DNA from: Eledone cirrhosa
Taxonomy: Eukaryota
Reading direction: 5' to 3'
Length of the DNA stretch: 64,000 nucleotides
Assembly: GCA_964016885.1 (NCBI GenBank)
Contig: OZ024743.1
Span: forward strand, 26,164,001-26,228,000
Shown here: one piece after another, positions 62,744-64,000 of the stretch
Position numbering within the stretch: position 1 is the first letter of the stretch
How the letters are laid out: each line of letters starts with the position of its first letter
Position numbers and translations under genes: made by a program
The notes under the pieces: generated by a model
Seen by the model: the letters and a program-made list of their open reading frames with translations, nothing else
Told to the model about the DNA's origin: nothing
Databases searched by the model: none

Positions 62744-63134
62744 TGTAGCAAGAGTTGCCTCCCTTGTTATGACGATCACATCACCAGTAGCGCTCTCTAG
62801 ACAGGAAGTAGCTGGAGTTACTTTCCGTTGAGGTGGCAGAAGCTTCTTTGTCACTTCCGTCCGGGGAATTATAAAAGGAGATAGCGGAAAGCTATCACCC
62901 TCTCTTTTAACCTGCCTGGCCCTTTGGCCAGGCGCGTTCCGCCGAGGGTATACTCTCTGGCAACCTGAACATGGTAATGTAAAGACCTCTTGGTCTCTTG
63001 CGTGCTGACTTCAAAAAGGTAAACAACTAACTTTAGGTCATCCTTTCATCTCTCTTGGCATGTCAACTGTTCTGCTCTACATAGCTCAACATTGTTAAAT
63101 AAACATTGTACACACAACCCAGTGTCCTGTTATA
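62744..63134 (+). repeat. 5' LTR of a second Gypsy-type element; internal leader continues past the window end
   Basis: Starts TGTAGCA; TATAAAA at 62870; AATAAA at 63098; followed by a PBS. Confidence 0.75.
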
Positions 63135-63136
63135 AT

Positions 63137-63148
63137 TGGTGACCCCGA
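63137..63148 (+). promoter_or_regulatory. Primer binding site, tRNA-Trp
   Basis: TGGTGACCCCGA 2 nt after the LTR end. Confidence 0.8.
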
Positions 63149-64000
63149 GAAAAAAATAATAGGGATGGTGTTGTGTGAATATGAAAAAATGAAAATTAAT
63201 TAGCAGTATTTCAAAAAGAAAAAACTCCTCTAACAACATTCCACATGGATTTTGTCTACAACGAAAAATATAAGTAAACTTTTCCTCAGCAGCAAACAAA
63301 CAAGAAAAAATTTTGCTTTTCGCCTCACGTGTTTACATCGTTTAAATGTGTTTCAATCACTGGATATATCCTTCGTCCGTCTCACAACGAACACTCAAAA
63401 AGACTTGGACTCCTGTATTCTTATATTCAACATTTCAATTTTGATGAACATCACAGCTCGCTTACTCATTCAAGTAAGCCTTTTTCGCTACTTTTTCATC
63501 ACTTTCAAAAAAAAATTGTACTCTCGCCATATACAAAATGAATATAGCCTTTCTTTCCTTTTCATCATATCACGTTCACACACAAATTTTTCAAAATGGC
63601 TGCCAACGACCTGTTGCACTATCCTTTTCGCGCCATTTTCTCGCGTAATAGAAATATTTGTTATTCAACTTGACTGTAACCTTGTTTCGGCACGTGTGAG
63701 AGCACACGTCTCGACTCACTGAGATAACACACGCCATAGATAATGTTTCTTGCCAAGGATTCTCCAGCTTTAAGCTATATTCTCCTATTTGCCGGTTTAA
63801 AAATTTACCACGTAAATTTGCGGTTGAAAACTGCGCATTTATTCAGAATGATTATTTATATTGTCGCTGGCATCTTGATCCTTCCAGGTCAACGCGTTCT
63901 CAACATCGACCATCAACTTTGGCTGTTATTTCTACCACTTTGCACAACTCATTTTTTCTGGGAAACTTTTTACTGTGAATGGAAACAACATCGAATAGGC

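Noticed and set aside
63252-63722. 156-aa ORF after the PBS as gag
   Set aside because: TTG start, F/I/L-rich composition from AT-rich DNA, no Gag motifs.

Overview
Eukaryotic, transposon-saturated, (TA)n-rich DNA with one 200-N gap (33752-33951). It is most likely cephalopod (octopus-like), inferred from the SINE types and the microsatellite load. No host gene is confidently identifiable. Contents: a near-complete CsRn1-type Ty3/Gypsy element (1787-7072, minus strand); two decayed RepHel Helitrons plus the 5' end of a third; a Tx1/L1-type LINE; an RTE fragment; tRNA-derived SINEs; hAT, piggyBac and Tc1 MITEs; and the 5' LTR and PBS of a second Gypsy. The main hidden layer is Penelope-like element (PLE) material, mostly inserted in (TA)n. 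I count 17 type I hammerhead-ribozyme folds from about 8 families, including U3-A8, A4 and C4 core variants, always on the sense strand where an ORF gives orientation. There is a non-coding ~420-490 bp tandem hammerhead repeat (retrozyme-like) at four loci. A recurring architecture is 'flush arm in (TA)n + inverted arm with tail', down to ~40-bp fold-back palindromes. One hairpin has a 22-nt loop matching sequence 1.4 kb away. All RNA structures were folded by eye; no database search was run.
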